Assembly: GCA_945870915.1 (NCBI GenBank)
Contig: CAMBUI010000001.1
Location: forward strand, 1 to 41,021
Direction of reading: 5' to 3'
DNA length: 41,021 nt
Origin: Candidatus Kuenenia stuttgartensis
GTDB lineage: Bacteria; Planctomycetota; Phycisphaerae; Phycisphaerales; SM1A02
A program made the translations under genes and the position numbers. Numbering within the stretch: position 1 is the stretch's first letter; every line of letters begins with the position of its first letter. Of the stretch, positions 39,733 to 41,021 are shown in pieces. The notes under the pieces are model-generated. The model ran no database searches. It was not told where the DNA came from and saw only the letters and a program-made list of their open reading frames with translations.

Positions 39733-40458
39733 ATGCAGCCCGTCGAGACGCTCCCCGCCGATCCGTCGCCCCTCCTCTGGGCGGCGCTTCCCGTGGCCGC
39801 GTACCTCGTGGGCAGCTTTCCGACGGCGCACCTGCTCGCCCGCTCGCGCGGCGTCGACCTCGGCACCGTCGGCAGCCGGAACTACGGCGCCACCAACCTC
39901 GGACGCACGCTCGGCAGGCCCTGGGGCATCGCATGCTTCGCGGTCGACGCCGCCAAGGGCGCGATCCCGGTCCTCGCGGCGGGCTGGCTGCTCGGCGCGC
40001 TCGGCGCGAGCCCCGGAGGCGTCCCGCCGCAGGTCGCGTGGTGCTGGCTCGCGACCGCCGCCGGCGGCATCGTGGGGCACACGCTCTCGCCGTGGATCGG
40101 CTTCAAGGGCGGCAAGGGCGTCGCCACCGGATTCGGCGCGCTCGCCGCGATGTGGCCCGTGCTCACCGTCCCCGCCATGATCGCGCTGGCGGTGTGGATC
40201 GTGCTCGTCCTTCTCTTCCGCATGGTCAGCCTCGCCTCGATGGTGGCGGCCGTCGCGGTGCCGTGCGCCGTCCTCGCCGGCGCGCTCGGCGCGAACGGAC
40301 CCGCGGGCGTGCGCGCGGTCGTGCCGTTCCTCGCGGCGAGCTCGCTGATCGCGGCGTTCGTCGTGTTCAAGCACCGCTCGAACATCGCGCGCATCCGCGC
40401 CGGCACCGAGAGCAAGGTCCTCCAGAAGAAGCCCGCCCCCGCGGAGTCCACGCCATGA
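39733..40458 (+). CDS. plsY: glycerol-3-phosphate acyltransferase PlsY
   Basis: Track ORF 39709-40458, trimmed to the ATG at 39733. Motifs: GSRNYGATNLGRTLG and GHTLSPWIGFKGGKGVATGFG. It is a polytopic membrane protein. Confidence 0.9.
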   Translation: MQPVETLPADPSPLLWAALPVAAYLVGSFPTAHLLARSRGVDLGTVGSRNYGATNLGRTLGRPWGIACFAVDAAKGAIPVLAAGWLLGALGASPGGVPPQVAWCWLATAAGGIVGHTLSPWIGFKGGKGVATGFGALAAMWPVLTVPAMIALAVWIVLVLLFRMVSLASMVAAVAVPCAVLAGALGANGPAGVRAVVPFLAASSLIAAFVVFKHRSNIARIRAGTESKVLQKKPAPAESTP

Positions 40459-41021
40459 GCAGCGCGATGAGCAGCGACAGCACCCACTCCGGCTACCGTT
40501 CCCCGCTCGAGTCGCGCAACGCCAGCCGCGAGATGCGCGCGATCTGGAGCGAGCAGCGCAAGTTCTCCACCTGGCGCCGCATCTGGCTCGCGCTCGCCGA
40601 GAGCCAGCACGAACTCGGCATGCCGGTCACGCGCGCGCAGGTGGACGCGATCCGCGCGCATCTCGACGACATCGACTTCAAGGCCGCGGCCGAGCACGAG
40701 TCGCGCCTCCGCCACGATGTGATGGCGCATGTCCACACGCTCGGCGACGCCGCGCCCGAGGCGCGCGCGATCATCCACTTCGGCGCCACCAGCCAGGACG
40801 TGGTGTGCAACGCCGACACCCTCGTGCTGCGCGACGCGCTCGCCGTGGTCGCGGGCAAGCTCGCGCGCGTGGTCGACCGCCTCGGCACCTTCGCGGCGCG
40901 TCACCGCGCGCTGCCCACGCTCGGGTTCACGCACTTCCAGCCGGCGCAGCCGACCACGGTGGGCAAGCGCGCCACGCTTTGGGCGCAGGACTTCGCGATC
41001 GCGCTCGAGCAGGTCGAGTTC
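40455..41021 (+). CDS. purB: adenylosuccinate lyase, N-terminal fragment (3' end outside window)
   Basis: The ATG at 40455 overlaps the plsY stop (ATGA), and the frame stays open to the window end. Translation: YRSPLESRNASREMRAIWSEQRKFSTWRRIWLALAE...FGATSQDVVCNADTL...GFTHFQPAQPTTVGKR. Confidence 0.9.
   Translation, partial: MSSAMSSDSTHSGYRSPLESRNASREMRAIWSEQRKFSTWRRIWLALAESQHELGMPVTRAQVDAIRAHLDDIDFKAAAEHESRLRHDVMAHVHTLGDAAPEARAIIHFGATSQDVVCNADTLVLRDALAVVAGKLARVVDRLGTFAARHRALPTLGFTHFQPAQPTTVGKRATLWAQDFAIALEQVEF

Overview
This is a very GC-rich bacterial chromosomal window, and almost all of it is core housekeeping. On the + strand, 1-6828 holds a compact arginine-biosynthesis operon: argC (3' fragment), argB, argF, argG, argH fused to a short GNAT acetylglutamate-synthase domain, and argJ. 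An orphan Cache/HAMP methyl-accepting chemotaxis protein follows at 6953-9142. On the - strand, 9149-27339 holds pheS and then a complete S10-spc-alpha ribosomal-protein supercluster running rpsJ to rplQ, with secY, map, infA, rpmJ and rpoA. The cluster lacks rpsD, adk and rpmD. Its intergenic spacers are unusually long and full of GC hairpins and short tandem repeats. A four-gene + strand operon with overlapping start and stop codons sits at 27647-32047: a secreted or anchored protein, a lipoprotein, a soluble GT2 glycosyltransferase and a BshC-like protein. Next come - strand genes for a YhaM-like OB/HD nuclease, an NAD(P)HX dehydratase, a secreted transglutaminase-like protein and lysS. The last + strand genes are pfk, a GmhB-like HAD phosphatase with a membrane tail, a small ORF, plsY and the 5' part of purB. 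I found no tRNA or rRNA genes, CRISPR arrays, transposases, integrases, or recognisable defence or toxin systems. The best candidates for something undescribed are the four-gene envelope/glyco operon, the stop-codon-anchored hairpin repeat families inside the ribosomal operons, and the RGG/Gly-Tyr tail on uS5. None is proven from sequence alone. The many long ORFs antisense to these genes are GC-driven shadow ORFs. A Planctomycetota-like origin is a weak guess based on extended r-proteins and long spacers.
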